DNA of 64,000 bases from Alphaproteobacteria bacterium. GTDB taxonomy: Bacteria; Pseudomonadota; Alphaproteobacteria; Rickettsiales; UBA998. A program made the translations under genes and the position numbers. Of this stretch, positions 8,587 to 18,755 are shown one piece after another. Every line of letters starts with the position of its first letter. Position 1 is the stretch's first letter. The notes beneath the pieces were generated by a model that searched no databases, was not told the origin of the DNA, and worked only from the letters and a program-made list of their open reading frames with translations. Where the stretch lies: positions 7-64,006 of the forward strand of contig RDXO01000020.1 of assembly GCA_004292675.1 (NCBI GenBank), written 5' to 3'.

Positions 8587-9336
8587 ATGGAAACTACCAC
8601 GTTACGTGTTCGAGTTCCGATCTCCAGCCCTATATGCGCAAAAATACCCACTTATGATGCCGACACACCTTCCCTCAAGGAAGCTGGGGGTATCGTAATA
8701 AGAAGCTATTTGCAAGGTCATGCTTTGCGATTTTCGAGCAACTTAACAGCGGTAGCCGCATATCACCCGCATGTGAATGCACAAAATTACAGTCATTTTT
8801 TTCTGACTCCGACGAGTCACGATTTTTTTTGGGCAAAAAACGCTCCCGAAGGTTTGTTTTATGAAATGATCGATGCGGGGTTAGTTTGGCTTAAGAACCA
8901 ACAACCCAATGAAAAACGCGTGATTATTTTGAATGAAACCGCCCCAGAGCGAGTAAAGACTCCTCAAGGGGGGTTACGTTCCCAGCCTTGGGAACATATA
9001 CATTGCATATCTTTTTCTGAAATAGAAAAAGATCAAGAGGTCGAAGAGGTTGAAGTCGAATGCGCAGAAACCGAAGTGGAAAATGACGCGAGTACGGTAG
9101 TACGCACTTTACGCGAAATGCCGTATGATAATTTTTCTGCAGCTTTTTCTAAAGCTGACGAAGATCATGTGCGGTTACATTTAGTAACTGGAGCAAGCGA
9201 TCCTTGGATCTTGTTCGGTGTGAAGCCTGCAAGAATATTTTCAGAGGATCTTGAGGGTCCATGCCCTAAATATGTTGGTCGCAGCTTAAAGGCTGCACGT
9301 GATTTGGCAATACGTCAACGCATGAGCCAACAATGA
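8587..9336 (+). CDS. Hypothetical protein (249 aa), no recognisable family
   Basis: A long ORF with an acidic EVEEVEVECAETEVEND tract, followed by its own hairpin terminator. Confidence 0.5.
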   Translation: METTTLRVRVPISSPICAKIPTYDADTPSLKEAGGIVIRSYLQGHALRFSSNLTAVAAYHPHVNAQNYSHFFLTPTSHDFFWAKNAPEGLFYEMIDAGLVWLKNQQPNEKRVIILNETAPERVKTPQGGLRSQPWEHIHCISFSEIEKDQEVEEVEVECAETEVENDASTVVRTLREMPYDNFSAAFSKADEDHVRLHLVTGASDPWILFGVKPARIFSEDLEGPCPKYVGRSLKAARDLAIRQRMSQQ

Positions 9337-9382
9337 TATAGATTTCCTCCTTAAAGCCTGTGCTTAAGGGGGGAATCTATAT
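9336..9382 (+). terminator. Hairpin terminator candidate downstream of ORF 8587..9336
   Basis: ATATAGATTTCCTCCTTAA-loop-TTAAGGGGGGAATCTATAT forms an imperfect stem of about 19 bp starting at the stop codon. Confidence 0.5.
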
Positions 9383-9502
9383 TATGCGTTTAGCACCGAC
9401 AAATCTCCCCCATCCGTCTTTATCTATTGAGGTGCAGTACATTATGTGCTAAGTATGGCGTGATATGCTACGATCTGCTCCTCCGCCCTATAAGGTTGTT
9501 TT

Positions 9503-11287
9503 ATGACGAATATGCCTCTAAATCATCAGAATGAACAAACAAAATTAGGTATTTTACCCCTTCAGATGCACAACACCCAAACAGGACATCAGCATACCAA
9601 CGATTTTATTGATTCATTATTTTCTTGGAGTACAGGCGTATCCGCTGCTATTGCGGCAACACCCCTTGCACTACAGCAATTTGGCATTGGCGTGAGTGAG
9701 CATGTCAAGAAGTTGGATACGGGTTTATGTTGTGAACTCATCCAAAATGCCACCAAAGACACACCATGGCTTCAGCATGAGCATTGGAGCAAACGGCTTG
9801 ATGGTAGCACAGAAACAGTCTATGGCGTTGCGGGATGGGCATCAGGACTACTAAGCCATGTACCATGTGGCGAACAGATGCTACAACTAGAACAAGCTCT
9901 GCTAAAAAAATTAGAAGTATTACCCTTCATCAAAGAAGGTTCTGCCGATCATCTGGATGTGAGCATCCACCCCCTAGCGCGTGGCGGATTAATGAATGCA
10001 TTGGTCGCGGGTGGCATCATCATGATGGGTCATTTCGGTGGCAAAATAATGGATCATGTGCATGTACAGCGTCGTATGCAGGAAGCCCAAGATTATGGCG
10101 CAAGTGAAGAAACCTTGGCACAGATTGCACAGGAACGCAGCGCACTTGGGCGCATCACGCAAGATGCATCCAAATTGCTTGGTTTTGGCGTGCTTATTCC
10201 TGCTATTTTACCGGGCGTTGGTCATGCATTGCTCTCATTAAGTAGCACGATGGGGATTGATACCTATGCCTCCCATATGCTCGCTGATGGCATATCAACC
10301 AACATAGGCGAAGGACCCGCAACTGCATTAGCGGCTTTTCTCGGGAAAAATCCCGGTAGCTGCAAAGGAACAACAAAATTAACGGATGCACTCGAAAGCA
10401 GCCTTCTTTCGCAGCTTTGTTGCGTTGTTCCTGCCATCACAGCGGCGATTCCTGCCCTAGCGAATGTTGCACTAAATCAAAATAAAACCTATATTTATAT
10501 GCCCGAAGACATCACCCCCTATGATGCGAAACACCATGCCGATATACCCGATAAAGAAGCCCTAGCCCATCTTTCTGAGGAGATATTGCTGCAACGCTAT
10601 AAAAGCAATCAGTTTCACATTGATAATACCAAAGCCTCGCTTGATGCCACCAGTGGGCTACGTACCATGCTAAAAACAGGTAGTGCGCTTGCAGCAACGG
10701 TGGGGACGGTCGCACTTTCTCAGCATCTGATGCAGCGTGATGCACCCAGCACAGATACAGAAAATCCACAGGAACAACTAAATGAGTTAAAGAATAGAAT
10801 TACCCCTCATGGCGTTCCGGCCACCAAACATGATGTCACCACATCCCTAACCAAAGATCATAATGGCTCTACACTCAAAGCACATATTCCGCCTTATGAT
10901 TCAAGCAATGTCGATAATAGCCCTGATTTTATCTCGATGCAAACGGGGAGGGATTGTTGCCCCGGCACTGTCTATGTGCGCAAAGATAATGTCGAAAACT
11001 ATATCAAAGCAACTTCTGGTGAGGCGGCATCCGAAGAAAACAATCCACATATCACTACCAATCGCACATTATTATCTGGCGGTGTCTCGGGTCTTTTGGG
11101 TGCAGCAACCTACAAAGCGGTAGAACATGTTGTAGATGGCGCGTCTCATAAAAAAATAGCCCAATTAGAGCGAGAAAATTCTGTTATTGATACCATCCTT
11201 GCCACCAAAAACGCCCAAAAAACGGCAACTCATACAGATCGCCTTGCCCAACAAGAGGCGCAACCCCTATTTGCACAGGCGCGTTAA
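9503..11287 (+). CDS. Hypothetical protein (594 aa) with several hydrophobic Gly/Ala-rich segments, no recognisable family
   Basis: A long ORF whose stop lies 3 nt before the recJ start. It has multiple predicted TM-like stretches (GLMNALVAGGIIMMGHFGG, LLGFGVLIPAILPGVGHALL, CCVVPAITAAIPALANVAL). Confidence 0.55.
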   Translation: MTNMPLNHQNEQTKLGILPLQMHNTQTGHQHTNDFIDSLFSWSTGVSAAIAATPLALQQFGIGVSEHVKKLDTGLCCELIQNATKDTPWLQHEHWSKRLDGSTETVYGVAGWASGLLSHVPCGEQMLQLEQALLKKLEVLPFIKEGSADHLDVSIHPLARGGLMNALVAGGIIMMGHFGGKIMDHVHVQRRMQEAQDYGASEETLAQIAQERSALGRITQDASKLLGFGVLIPAILPGVGHALLSLSSTMGIDTYASHMLADGISTNIGEGPATALAAFLGKNPGSCKGTTKLTDALESSLLSQLCCVVPAITAAIPALANVALNQNKTYIYMPEDITPYDAKHHADIPDKEALAHLSEEILLQRYKSNQFHIDNTKASLDATSGLRTMLKTGSALAATVGTVALSQHLMQRDAPSTDTENPQEQLNELKNRITPHGVPATKHDVTTSLTKDHNGSTLKAHIPPYDSSNVDNSPDFISMQTGRDCCPGTVYVRKDNVENYIKATSGEAASEENNPHITTNRTLLSGGVSGLLGAATYKAVEHVVDGASHKKIAQLERENSVIDTILATKNAQKTATHTDRLAQQEAQPLFAQAR

Positions 11288-11290
11288 TCT

Positions 11291-13081
11291 ATGCTTCAAG
11301 CCTCCTCCCTCTTCGTACATCATCACGCCCCATGCGAGGGTATCTCTGCTTTAGGGCGTGCATGGTCATGGCGCAATGACGATGCTGCCTTGGTCGCGGA
11401 TATGGTGCGTTATTTGCAGATTCCTGAATTACTTGCTGCCTTATTAGCGGGGCGGGGGCAAAACCTTGATAGCGCATTGGATTATCTCACGCCCTCACTA
11501 AAACACGCCTTGCCTGATCCCCTGCATCTGCACGATATGGAGAAGGCGGTAACGCGGTTGATTCACGCAATCGAATCAAATGAACGCATCGTAATTTTTG
11601 GGGATTATGATGTGGATGGCGCAACCTCTACTGCATTGATGATCCACTATTTGCGCGCCGTGGGTGCTGATGTCGGTTATTACATCCCTGATCGTCACAC
11701 AGAGGGCTATGGTCCAAACAGTGCAGCCTTATTGAAATTAAAAGAAGAAGGCACATCGTTGGTGGTAACGGTCGATTGTGGTGCGGTATCTTTTGCTCCC
11801 TTAGCTGATGCTCATGCTGCGGGTCTCGATGTGATTGTGGTGGATCACCATAAAGGAGCTGCGGAACTCCCCAAAGCTGTAGCGGTGGTGAATCCCAACC
11901 GCTTGGATGAGATGTCGAACTATCGCCATTGCGCTGCGGTGGGGGTGGTGTTTTTGTTACTGATTGCTCTCAATGCACGTTTACGCACCATGGGATATTT
12001 CAGCACGCGCTCCGAACCAAATTTGATGCAGTGGCTCGATTTAGTCGCTATTGGCACAATCTGTGATGTGGTATCACTCACCACACTAAACCGCGCCTAT
12101 GCTGCACAAGGATTGCGTGTGGCATCCTATCGTCGCAATATGGGGCTTACAGCATTGCTTGATCATGCAGGTGTGCATGGTGAAATCACTGCCTATCACG
12201 CAGGTTTTGTTATAGGGCCACGCATCAATGCAGGAGGGCGCGTTGGTGCTTCTGATTTAGGGGTGCGTTTGCTCACCTCGGAAAACCCCAAAGAATGCGC
12301 TGAGATTGCTGCGCAATTAGGTCTCTATAATCAAGAACGGCAAGCCATTGAACAAACCGTCTTAGATGCTGCTTTAGCGGAGGCAGAAAAGCAAGTCAAC
12401 GCCCCGATGATGTGTGTGGCAGGGGATGGATGGCACGCGGGTGTCATTGGTATTGTCGCAAGCCGCCTCAAAGATCGCTATGATCGCCCTGCTATTGTCA
12501 TTGCCTTTGAAGGCGAGAAAGGCAAGGCAAGTGCGCGTTCCGTTGCAGGGATTGATATTGGTGTGGCTATTGTCCGCGCCCGCGAAGAAGGCATTATTTT
12601 AGAAGGCGGAGGGCATAGCATGGCGGGAGGTTTTAGCCTGACCCGCGCACAATATGATGAAGCTGTAGCGTTTTTTCACCATTATTGCGAAGCACCGATG
12701 CGCGCTTATGTTGAACACCGCACCCTCAAACTTGATAGTGCTATCACCTGCGCCATGGTCAACGCGAACACCATCGCGCAATTAGAACGTGCGGCTCCCT
12801 TTGGTGCAGGCAACCCCTCTGGGATGTTCATGCTCCGTAATGTGCGTGTTCTCAGTGTCGATGCGTTGAAAGAGCAGCATTTGCGGGTATTGGTGACGGA
12901 TGTCACAGGCGCACGCGTCAAAGCCATGTGTTTTCGCGCTATTGGCACGGCACTCGGCGATATGCTCCTAGGCAGCCGTGGAAAGACCATCCACCTTGCG
13001 GGCAACCTCAAAAGTGATGTCTGGCAAGGGCGCACACAAGTGACGTTCATGATCCATGATGCCATGCAGGAGGGCGTATGA
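11291..13081 (+). CDS. recJ: Single-stranded-DNA-specific exonuclease RecJ
   Basis: DHH-family motifs (FGDYDVDGATS, VTVDCG, VVDHH) and a DHHA1 motif (GGGHSMAGG). Length 596 aa. Confidence 0.95.
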   Translation: MLQASSLFVHHHAPCEGISALGRAWSWRNDDAALVADMVRYLQIPELLAALLAGRGQNLDSALDYLTPSLKHALPDPLHLHDMEKAVTRLIHAIESNERIVIFGDYDVDGATSTALMIHYLRAVGADVGYYIPDRHTEGYGPNSAALLKLKEEGTSLVVTVDCGAVSFAPLADAHAAGLDVIVVDHHKGAAELPKAVAVVNPNRLDEMSNYRHCAAVGVVFLLLIALNARLRTMGYFSTRSEPNLMQWLDLVAIGTICDVVSLTTLNRAYAAQGLRVASYRRNMGLTALLDHAGVHGEITAYHAGFVIGPRINAGGRVGASDLGVRLLTSENPKECAEIAAQLGLYNQERQAIEQTVLDAALAEAEKQVNAPMMCVAGDGWHAGVIGIVASRLKDRYDRPAIVIAFEGEKGKASARSVAGIDIGVAIVRAREEGIILEGGGHSMAGGFSLTRAQYDEAVAFFHHYCEAPMRAYVEHRTLKLDSAITCAMVNANTIAQLERAAPFGAGNPSGMFMLRNVRVLSVDALKEQHLRVLVTDVTGARVKAMCFRAIGTALGDMLLGSRGKTIHLAGNLKSDVWQGRTQVTFMIHDAMQEGV

Positions 13082-14124
13082 TTAATTATGAAGCGATAGC
13101 CCCGATGAATTTTAGCAAAGGCGATATACGGCGTGCAGGGGAATTGCTGAAACGCACGGAATTGCGGAATACAGCAGAATATCGCCAAGCGGTGCAACTT
13201 GTGCAGACATGGCGTGGATATTATTTTTATCCACTGAACACTCTACAAGCGCATGTGCGCAACCAATTAAAACATATTGGGCAAGAACCCTATATAGGGC
13301 AACGCTTAAAACGCTTACCTACCATCATCGATAAATTGTCGCGCATCAAGGGAACGCTGGAGACGATGCAAGATATAGGAGGAATGCGGGTGCTGTGCGA
13401 TGATGTGGCTTCGATGGATGCATTGATGCATTTACTGGAAAAATCACGGGCGCGCCACAAAATCAAGCGTACTAGTGACTATATAACCACACCGAAGCAG
13501 GATGGCTATCGTGGCAAGCATTTCATCTATGAAGTCTATTCCTCCTCCTCAAAAACCCCTGATTTTTTGCAGGGTATGACGGTTGAATTGCAAGTGCGCA
13601 CCAGCATTCAGCATGATTGGGCAACGGCGGTGGAAGTGGTGGATATGGTCTATCATAGCTCACTAAAAACAGGCTCAGGCTCTGATGAATGGAAGCAATT
13701 TTTCTTACTTGCCAGTGCTATGGGGGCGCATTTGGAAGGGCTACCACGTCCTGCGCCATATGAACATAGTACGACTGAGGAATTGAGGCAATGTTTTTTT
13801 GAAAATAACGCAATAAGTGATTGTTTTCTTAAATTAGATGCTATTCAGCTTATTGAACCCACTACTTTGCATGATCGCTATTATCATGTGCTTGCAACTG
13901 ATTATGATCAGTTGCATTCCTGTGTTTCCTTTGCGGATAAAGAAGAAGCCACTAAAGCCTATAATATGTTTGAGTCTATGAGTCCTGAATCTGGTGCTAT
14001 GCATGTGGTATTAGTTGAGGCAGATGGCAAAAAACTTGCAAAAATGTATAAGAATTACTTTCACAATGTGAACAATTTTGTAGAGATGATCGATGCATTT
14101 CTTTTTAAGCATGCGCACGAATAA
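13078..14124 (+). CDS. RelA/SpoT-domain protein (small alarmone synthetase / toxSAS-like) with an uncharacterised ~150-aa C-terminal domain
   Basis: Synthetase-domain motifs are DIGGMRVLCDD, DYITTPKQDGYRGKHFIY and ELQVRTSIQHDWATAVE. Its ATG overlaps the recJ stop (ATGA). Confidence 0.8.
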   Translation: MINYEAIAPMNFSKGDIRRAGELLKRTELRNTAEYRQAVQLVQTWRGYYFYPLNTLQAHVRNQLKHIGQEPYIGQRLKRLPTIIDKLSRIKGTLETMQDIGGMRVLCDDVASMDALMHLLEKSRARHKIKRTSDYITTPKQDGYRGKHFIYEVYSSSSKTPDFLQGMTVELQVRTSIQHDWATAVEVVDMVYHSSLKTGSGSDEWKQFFLLASAMGAHLEGLPRPAPYEHSTTEELRQCFFENNAISDCFLKLDAIQLIEPTTLHDRYYHVLATDYDQLHSCVSFADKEEATKAYNMFESMSPESGAMHVVLVEADGKKLAKMYKNYFHNVNNFVEMIDAFLFKHAHE

Positions 14125-14168
14125 CCTTCACCCATCCTTAAACCAACTTCCCCTATCATGAGCCTTCT

Positions 14169-15188
14169 ATGAATCATCCTTCTCGTATATTATCTGGCAT
14201 TCAACCGACTGGAAACATCCACCTTGGGAACTATCTTGGGGCGATCCGTAATTGGGTAGGGATGCAAAATGAAGCGGAATGCTTATTCATGCTTGCTGAT
14301 ATGCACGCGATCACCTTGCCTTATGTGCCTGCGGAGTTGCGCGCATGTGTACGTTCCACAGCAGCCTATTACATTGCGTGTGGCATTGACCCAGACAAAA
14401 GCGCGATCTTTCCGCAATCTGCCATAGCAGGACATGCCGAGCTTAGCTGGATACTCACCTGCCATACCCCCCTTGGCTGGTTAAACCGCATGACGCAATT
14501 TAAGGAGAAAGCGGGCAAACATAAGGATAACGCCTCTTTGGGTTTATATAGCTACCCTGTCTTGATGGCTGCGGATATATTGCTCTATCGTGCAACGCAT
14601 GTACCTGTGGGGGAGGATCAAAAACAGCACTTAGAATTAGCACGCGATCTTGCAGGGGCGATGAATCGTTTCTATGAACAAGAACTTTTTCCGCTGCCAG
14701 AGCCGGTAATCATGAAGCAAGCTGCCCGCATTATGAGTTTGCGTGATGGCACAAAAAAAATGAGTAAATCCGATGAATCGGAACAATCGCGCATTCATTT
14801 AAGTGATAGCAACGATGCCATTGCCACAAAGATTCGCAAAGCTAAATCCGATATGCTGGAAGGTATTTCTTATGACTTAGAAGCGCGCCCCGAAGCATCT
14901 AATTTGCTAAGCATCTATGCCACCATCCAAGGCATCAGCATTGAAGAAGCACAAGCCTCATGCGGTGCGCTGAATTTCTCATCCTTCAAAGAACGGTTAG
15001 CGGAGGCACTGATTGCGCATCTCACCCCCATCCGTGAGAAATATCACCTATTGATGAATAATCCTGCTTATCTCGATGGCATTATGCATGATGGTATCAG
15101 TAAAGCCCGCATCATTGCCGATGATCATATGCGTCATATTAAAGAAGTGGTAGGGTTTTATAGTGCCTCTCACGATAGGAAATGGTAG
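14169..15188 (+). CDS. trpS: Tryptophan--tRNA ligase
   Basis: Class I motifs: a HIGH-like GNIHLGNY and KMSKS (KKMSKSD). The length and overall pattern fit TrpRS. Confidence 0.95.
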   Translation: MNHPSRILSGIQPTGNIHLGNYLGAIRNWVGMQNEAECLFMLADMHAITLPYVPAELRACVRSTAAYYIACGIDPDKSAIFPQSAIAGHAELSWILTCHTPLGWLNRMTQFKEKAGKHKDNASLGLYSYPVLMAADILLYRATHVPVGEDQKQHLELARDLAGAMNRFYEQELFPLPEPVIMKQAARIMSLRDGTKKMSKSDESEQSRIHLSDSNDAIATKIRKAKSDMLEGISYDLEARPEASNLLSIYATIQGISIEEAQASCGALNFSSFKERLAEALIAHLTPIREKYHLLMNNPAYLDGIMHDGISKARIIADDHMRHIKEVVGFYSASHDRKW

Positions 15189-15191
15189 GCT

Positions 15192-15821
15192 ATGTTGCGT
15201 CTATTGATGCTCCCTTTTCAAATGTTTCGGATGATCCGTAAAATACTATGGCGCATCATCTGGCATTTTGTCTATTTTTTCTTGCTTAAACCGCAACGCT
15301 TGCTCTATTTCACGGCATTGATCATTGTTATCTCATGGCTGATGCCCGACAATCCATCTGGGTCATCCGCCCCTCCTCCCCTTGAACCTATCAAGCCAAT
15401 GGTGGAAAAAAGCGATCAAGTCGTCAACACCCTGCCTAAGATCAAAGGCACGATACGCAATGTCAATAGTGTCTTTAACGAAAGCTCTCTTGATATCATG
15501 GGTGATATGGAACGGCATAATTATTATAAGCATTTTTATCATGTCATGACGCATGAACAGGCGGATGTGCCGTACCGCTGGAAAATATCCGATAATTTTT
15601 TTGGTTCTTTCACAGCGCAAGCCCCTTTTAAGGCGCGCTCAGGGGTGATGTGCCGCTTTTATAAAGAGCTATTATCTTACCGCGGACAACATGAATCCTT
15701 TGATGGGCTAGCCTGCCAACGCCAGCGTGGCGGGTGGTGTCGCCTACGTCCTCAAAGCGCGCACACATGCTCACTTGGCAAACCAAGCAAAATGGATATG
15801 TTTTTTAACAATTTATTCTGA
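15192..15821 (+). CDS. Membrane-anchored hypothetical protein with a surface-antigen-like Cys-containing C-terminal motif
   Basis: N-terminal TM segments, with a C-terminal W..S..F.G.........G..CR.Y......G......G.ACQ...GGWC pattern reminiscent of COG4520-type surface-antigen domains. It starts 3 nt after trpS. Confidence 0.45.
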   Translation: MLRLLMLPFQMFRMIRKILWRIIWHFVYFFLLKPQRLLYFTALIIVISWLMPDNPSGSSAPPPLEPIKPMVEKSDQVVNTLPKIKGTIRNVNSVFNESSLDIMGDMERHNYYKHFYHVMTHEQADVPYRWKISDNFFGSFTAQAPFKARSGVMCRFYKELLSYRGQHESFDGLACQRQRGGWCRLRPQSAHTCSLGKPSKMDMFFNNLF

Positions 15822-15845
15822 TTTCGTTAGAGAACGACTATAAAT

Positions 15846-16030
15846 TTCGTCATTCTTGGCGTAAGGCAGGCATCCCTCACCATCCTTCACATTATCACAC
15901 TATGCATTCGGTCTTATGCTCCCCCGCTTGCGGGGGAGCTGGTGAAGCAAGGATTTCTCAAAAGAAATCCGATGCTGAACCGTGGGGGGCGTTGAGCAGG
16001 CATCCAGAACAACCCATGATCGCTGGTATA
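15846..16030. repeat. Composite intergenic repeat (family A unit + family B unit + family A tail)
   Basis: TTCGTCATTCTTGGCGTAAGGCAGGCATCC; CCTTCACATTAT..CTCCCCCGCTTGCGGGGGAG..GGATTTCTCAAAAGAAATCC..GTGGGGGG; GCAGGCATCCAGAACAACCCATGATCGCTGGTAT. Confidence 0.75.
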
Positions 16031-16065
16031 ACAAAAAGCGCGCATAACCCTACCGCGAACAAACA

Positions 16066-18192
16066 TTATTCTGATTTTGGCTTTCTTTTCTTACGACGAC
16101 GCACCGATAAATTGCTACCCCGCCCCGATAGGCTAGGATTTTCCATAAAATAACGATGCGCCGAAAAACCCTCACGATTACCGCGATGGTATGTACCATC
16201 CGAACGTAATAACCAGCTATTAGCTTCATCATTAAGATTCGCCATCATGATTTGATCAAGAATTTGCGCATGTACGGTTGGGTTAGTAATGGGAATCATC
16301 ACCTCAACGCGCTTGTTCAAATTACGTGGCATCCAATCAGCAGAACCAATATACACATGTGCGTTTGGTGAAGGTAGCCCATGCCCTCCCCCAAAACAAT
16401 AGATACGCGCATGTTCTAAAAACCGCCCCACAATCGATTTCACATGAATATGATCGGAAAGCCCCTTCACTTGCGGTCGCAAGCAACAAATGCCACGTAC
16501 CACCAGTTGAATATGCACACCCGCTTGCGATGCTGCATAAAGTGCTTCGATAATTTCTTGATCCACCAACGCATTCATTTTTGCCCAAATTGCCGCAGGC
16601 TTTCCAGCACGCGCATATTCTGCTTCTTGATGAATCATTTGCAAAACGGACGTGCGCATATGATCAGGTGCGGGGATAAGATGGTGATAATGGCTCGGCG
16701 TGCCATATCCCGTAATGTAGTTGAAAAGATAATGGGCTTCAGTGGTCAGCACATTATTACAGGTAAAATAAGAGAGATCAGTATAAATACGTGCGGTGAT
16801 GGGGTGATAATTCCCCGTACCAAAATGCACATAAGAGACAAGCGATTCACGTTCACGCCGTACCACCAGCGATATTTTCGCATGGGTCTTGAGATGTACA
16901 AATCCATACACCACCTGCACGCCCGCACGTTCCAGATTCTTTGCCCAACGAATATTAGCTTCTTCATCAAAGCGCGCCCGTAGCTCCACTAATGCCGTGA
17001 CAGATTTACCCTCCTCTGCAGCACGAATCAGGGCATTGACGATCGGTGAATCATTACTCGTGCGGTATAATGTTTGCTTAATCGACACCACATCAGGGTC
17101 TTGCGCTGCTTGATTGAGAAACTGCACCACCACATCAAATGATTCATAAGGATGATGCACGACAATATCTTTTGCCGCAATGGCAGCGAAACAATCACCA
17201 GAATGTTCGCTAATGCGTTCAGGAAACCGCGCCGTATAGGGAGGAAATTTGAGATCTTCGCGTTCAATTTTGCATAATTCTGCAAGATCGCACAACCCCA
17301 ACATCCCTTCCATTTCATGCACTTGCTGTATATCCGTCTCAACATGATCCATAAAGAAGTTCGTCAATGCAATCGATACAGGCTTGAGTGCTTTCACACG
17401 AATAATACGCCCACGACGACGGCGTTTCACTGCATGTTCATAATTCTGCACTAAATCTTCGGCATCTTCAGAAACTTCAAGATCGCTATCACGGACGATA
17501 CGAAATAAGGTACTTTCTTCAACGCTAAATCCCGGAAAAAGCAAATACGCAAAGCGTAGCGTTATATCTTCAAGCGGCACCATATGAATCCCCGCCCCTG
17601 CATGTTTGATACGATAAAAACGATGCAATTTATTGGGAAGTGGCAAGACGCTGTTGAGTAATGTGCCTGTTTTTTGATTTTTCAGCGTATAGAGCTGCAC
17701 CAATCCCAAATTAGGCAAGAACGGGAACGGGTGCGCAGGGTCAATCGCTATAGGGCTTAGTGCGGGGAAAATATCCGACAAAAAAAGCATTTCCAATGCT
17801 GCATTTTGTTCTGCACTAAGATCGCTTGGGTGCAGCACAAAAATTTGTTCTGCTGTTAATTCTTCTTTTAACTGCAACCAACATTGTTGTTGCTGCTGCA
17901 AAATGGTACGCACCGTACCGCTTAAAACCCGAAGCTGCTCAGGTACACTACGCCCATCTGGGCTAATGTTATTAATGTAGTTACGTGCTTGATCCTTCAA
18001 GCCCGCAACGCGTACCATCGTAAATTCATCAAGGTTGCTCGATGAAATAGCAAGAAAACGCACCCGTTCCAGCAAGGGTATTGTCGTATCATAAGCATAG
18101 TGCAGAACACGCTCATTGAACGCGATGGAGGACAATTCACGGTTTAAGTAACGCGTCTTAGGATCGCTAAGATCAAATTGCTCCACCACCAT
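16066..18192 (-). CDS. ppk: Polyphosphate kinase 1
   Basis: 708 aa with the N-terminal YLNRELSSIAFNERVL and the two PLD-like HKD-type regions (HLKTHAKISLV; GSADWMPRNL), typical of PPK1. Confidence 0.95.
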   Translation of the reverse strand: MVVEQFDLSDPKTRYLNRELSSIAFNERVLHYAYDTTIPLLERVRFLAISSSNLDEFTMVRVAGLKDQARNYINNISPDGRSVPEQLRVLSGTVRTILQQQQQCWLQLKEELTAEQIFVLHPSDLSAEQNAALEMLFLSDIFPALSPIAIDPAHPFPFLPNLGLVQLYTLKNQKTGTLLNSVLPLPNKLHRFYRIKHAGAGIHMVPLEDITLRFAYLLFPGFSVEESTLFRIVRDSDLEVSEDAEDLVQNYEHAVKRRRRGRIIRVKALKPVSIALTNFFMDHVETDIQQVHEMEGMLGLCDLAELCKIEREDLKFPPYTARFPERISEHSGDCFAAIAAKDIVVHHPYESFDVVVQFLNQAAQDPDVVSIKQTLYRTSNDSPIVNALIRAAEEGKSVTALVELRARFDEEANIRWAKNLERAGVQVVYGFVHLKTHAKISLVVRRERESLVSYVHFGTGNYHPITARIYTDLSYFTCNNVLTTEAHYLFNYITGYGTPSHYHHLIPAPDHMRTSVLQMIHQEAEYARAGKPAAIWAKMNALVDQEIIEALYAASQAGVHIQLVVRGICCLRPQVKGLSDHIHVKSIVGRFLEHARIYCFGGGHGLPSPNAHVYIGSADWMPRNLNKRVEVMIPITNPTVHAQILDQIMMANLNDEANSWLLRSDGTYHRGNREGFSAHRYFMENPSLSGRGSNLSVRRRKKRKPKSE

Positions 18193-18197
18193 AGGCT

Positions 18198-18536
18198 TTA
18201 TGCAGCATGAGACTGCACCACTCCTTTACTTTTTAACAATTCTTGTAGTTCACCCGATTCAAACATCTCACGCATAATGTCAGAACCGCCGACAAACTCG
18301 CCTTTGATGTAAAGCTGTGGAATGGTTGGCCAATCAGAGAATTCTTTAATGCCTTGACGGATTTCAGCATCACGCAACACATCCACATCCAAAACATTCA
18401 CGCCCAAACGCTCCAAAATCCCAGCGGCCAATGCAGAAAAACCACATTGTGGCATTGTTTTTGAACCTTTCATGTACAGAACAACATCATGTTCTGATAA
18501 TTGTTGTTGAATGCGAGCAAATACAGGGTTGGTCAT
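18198..18536 (-). CDS. grxD: Monothiol glutaredoxin (Grx4/GrxD family)
   Basis: CGFS active site (PQCGFS) and WPTIPQLYI motif. The start is placed at the internal Met (MTNPVF), which is preceded by AGGAAG. The ORF track extends to 18575. Confidence 0.9.
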   Translation of the reverse strand: MTNPVFARIQQQLSEHDVVLYMKGSKTMPQCGFSALAAGILERLGVNVLDVDVLRDAEIRQGIKEFSDWPTIPQLYIKGEFVGGSDIMREMFESGELQELLKSKGVVQSHAA

Positions 18537-18627
18537 AATCGTACTTCCTTGATGAACATAATATATATCGTGCATAATGATAGCACACTTATAGGCTTAT
18601 GCAAGTGATAATTATACCGCGTCTATC

Positions 18628-18700
18628 TTCTTGTCATGCTTGGGTATCCAGCCTACTTCTTGTCATTCCTGCGAAGGCAGGAATCCAGTAACACCAGTAA
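18628..18700. repeat. Family A intergenic repeat, two units
   Basis: TTGTCATGCTTGGGTATCCAGCC plus TTGTCATTCCTGCGAAGGCAGGAATCCAGTAACACC (a perfect ATTCCTGC/GCAGGAAT hairpin). Confidence 0.7.
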
Positions 18701-18755
18701 CCCTTCTTACGCTGGTCTAAGTTATGCAAACGACTCTACGTCATCAATCCCTTTA

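Noticed and set aside
15902-16232. ORFs 15902..16153 (+) and 16050..16232 (-).
   Set aside because: The first is a translation of the family A/B repeat composite; its SPACGGAG segment comes from the CCCCCGCTTGCGGGGGAG hairpin. The second overlaps the ppk 3' end in another frame.
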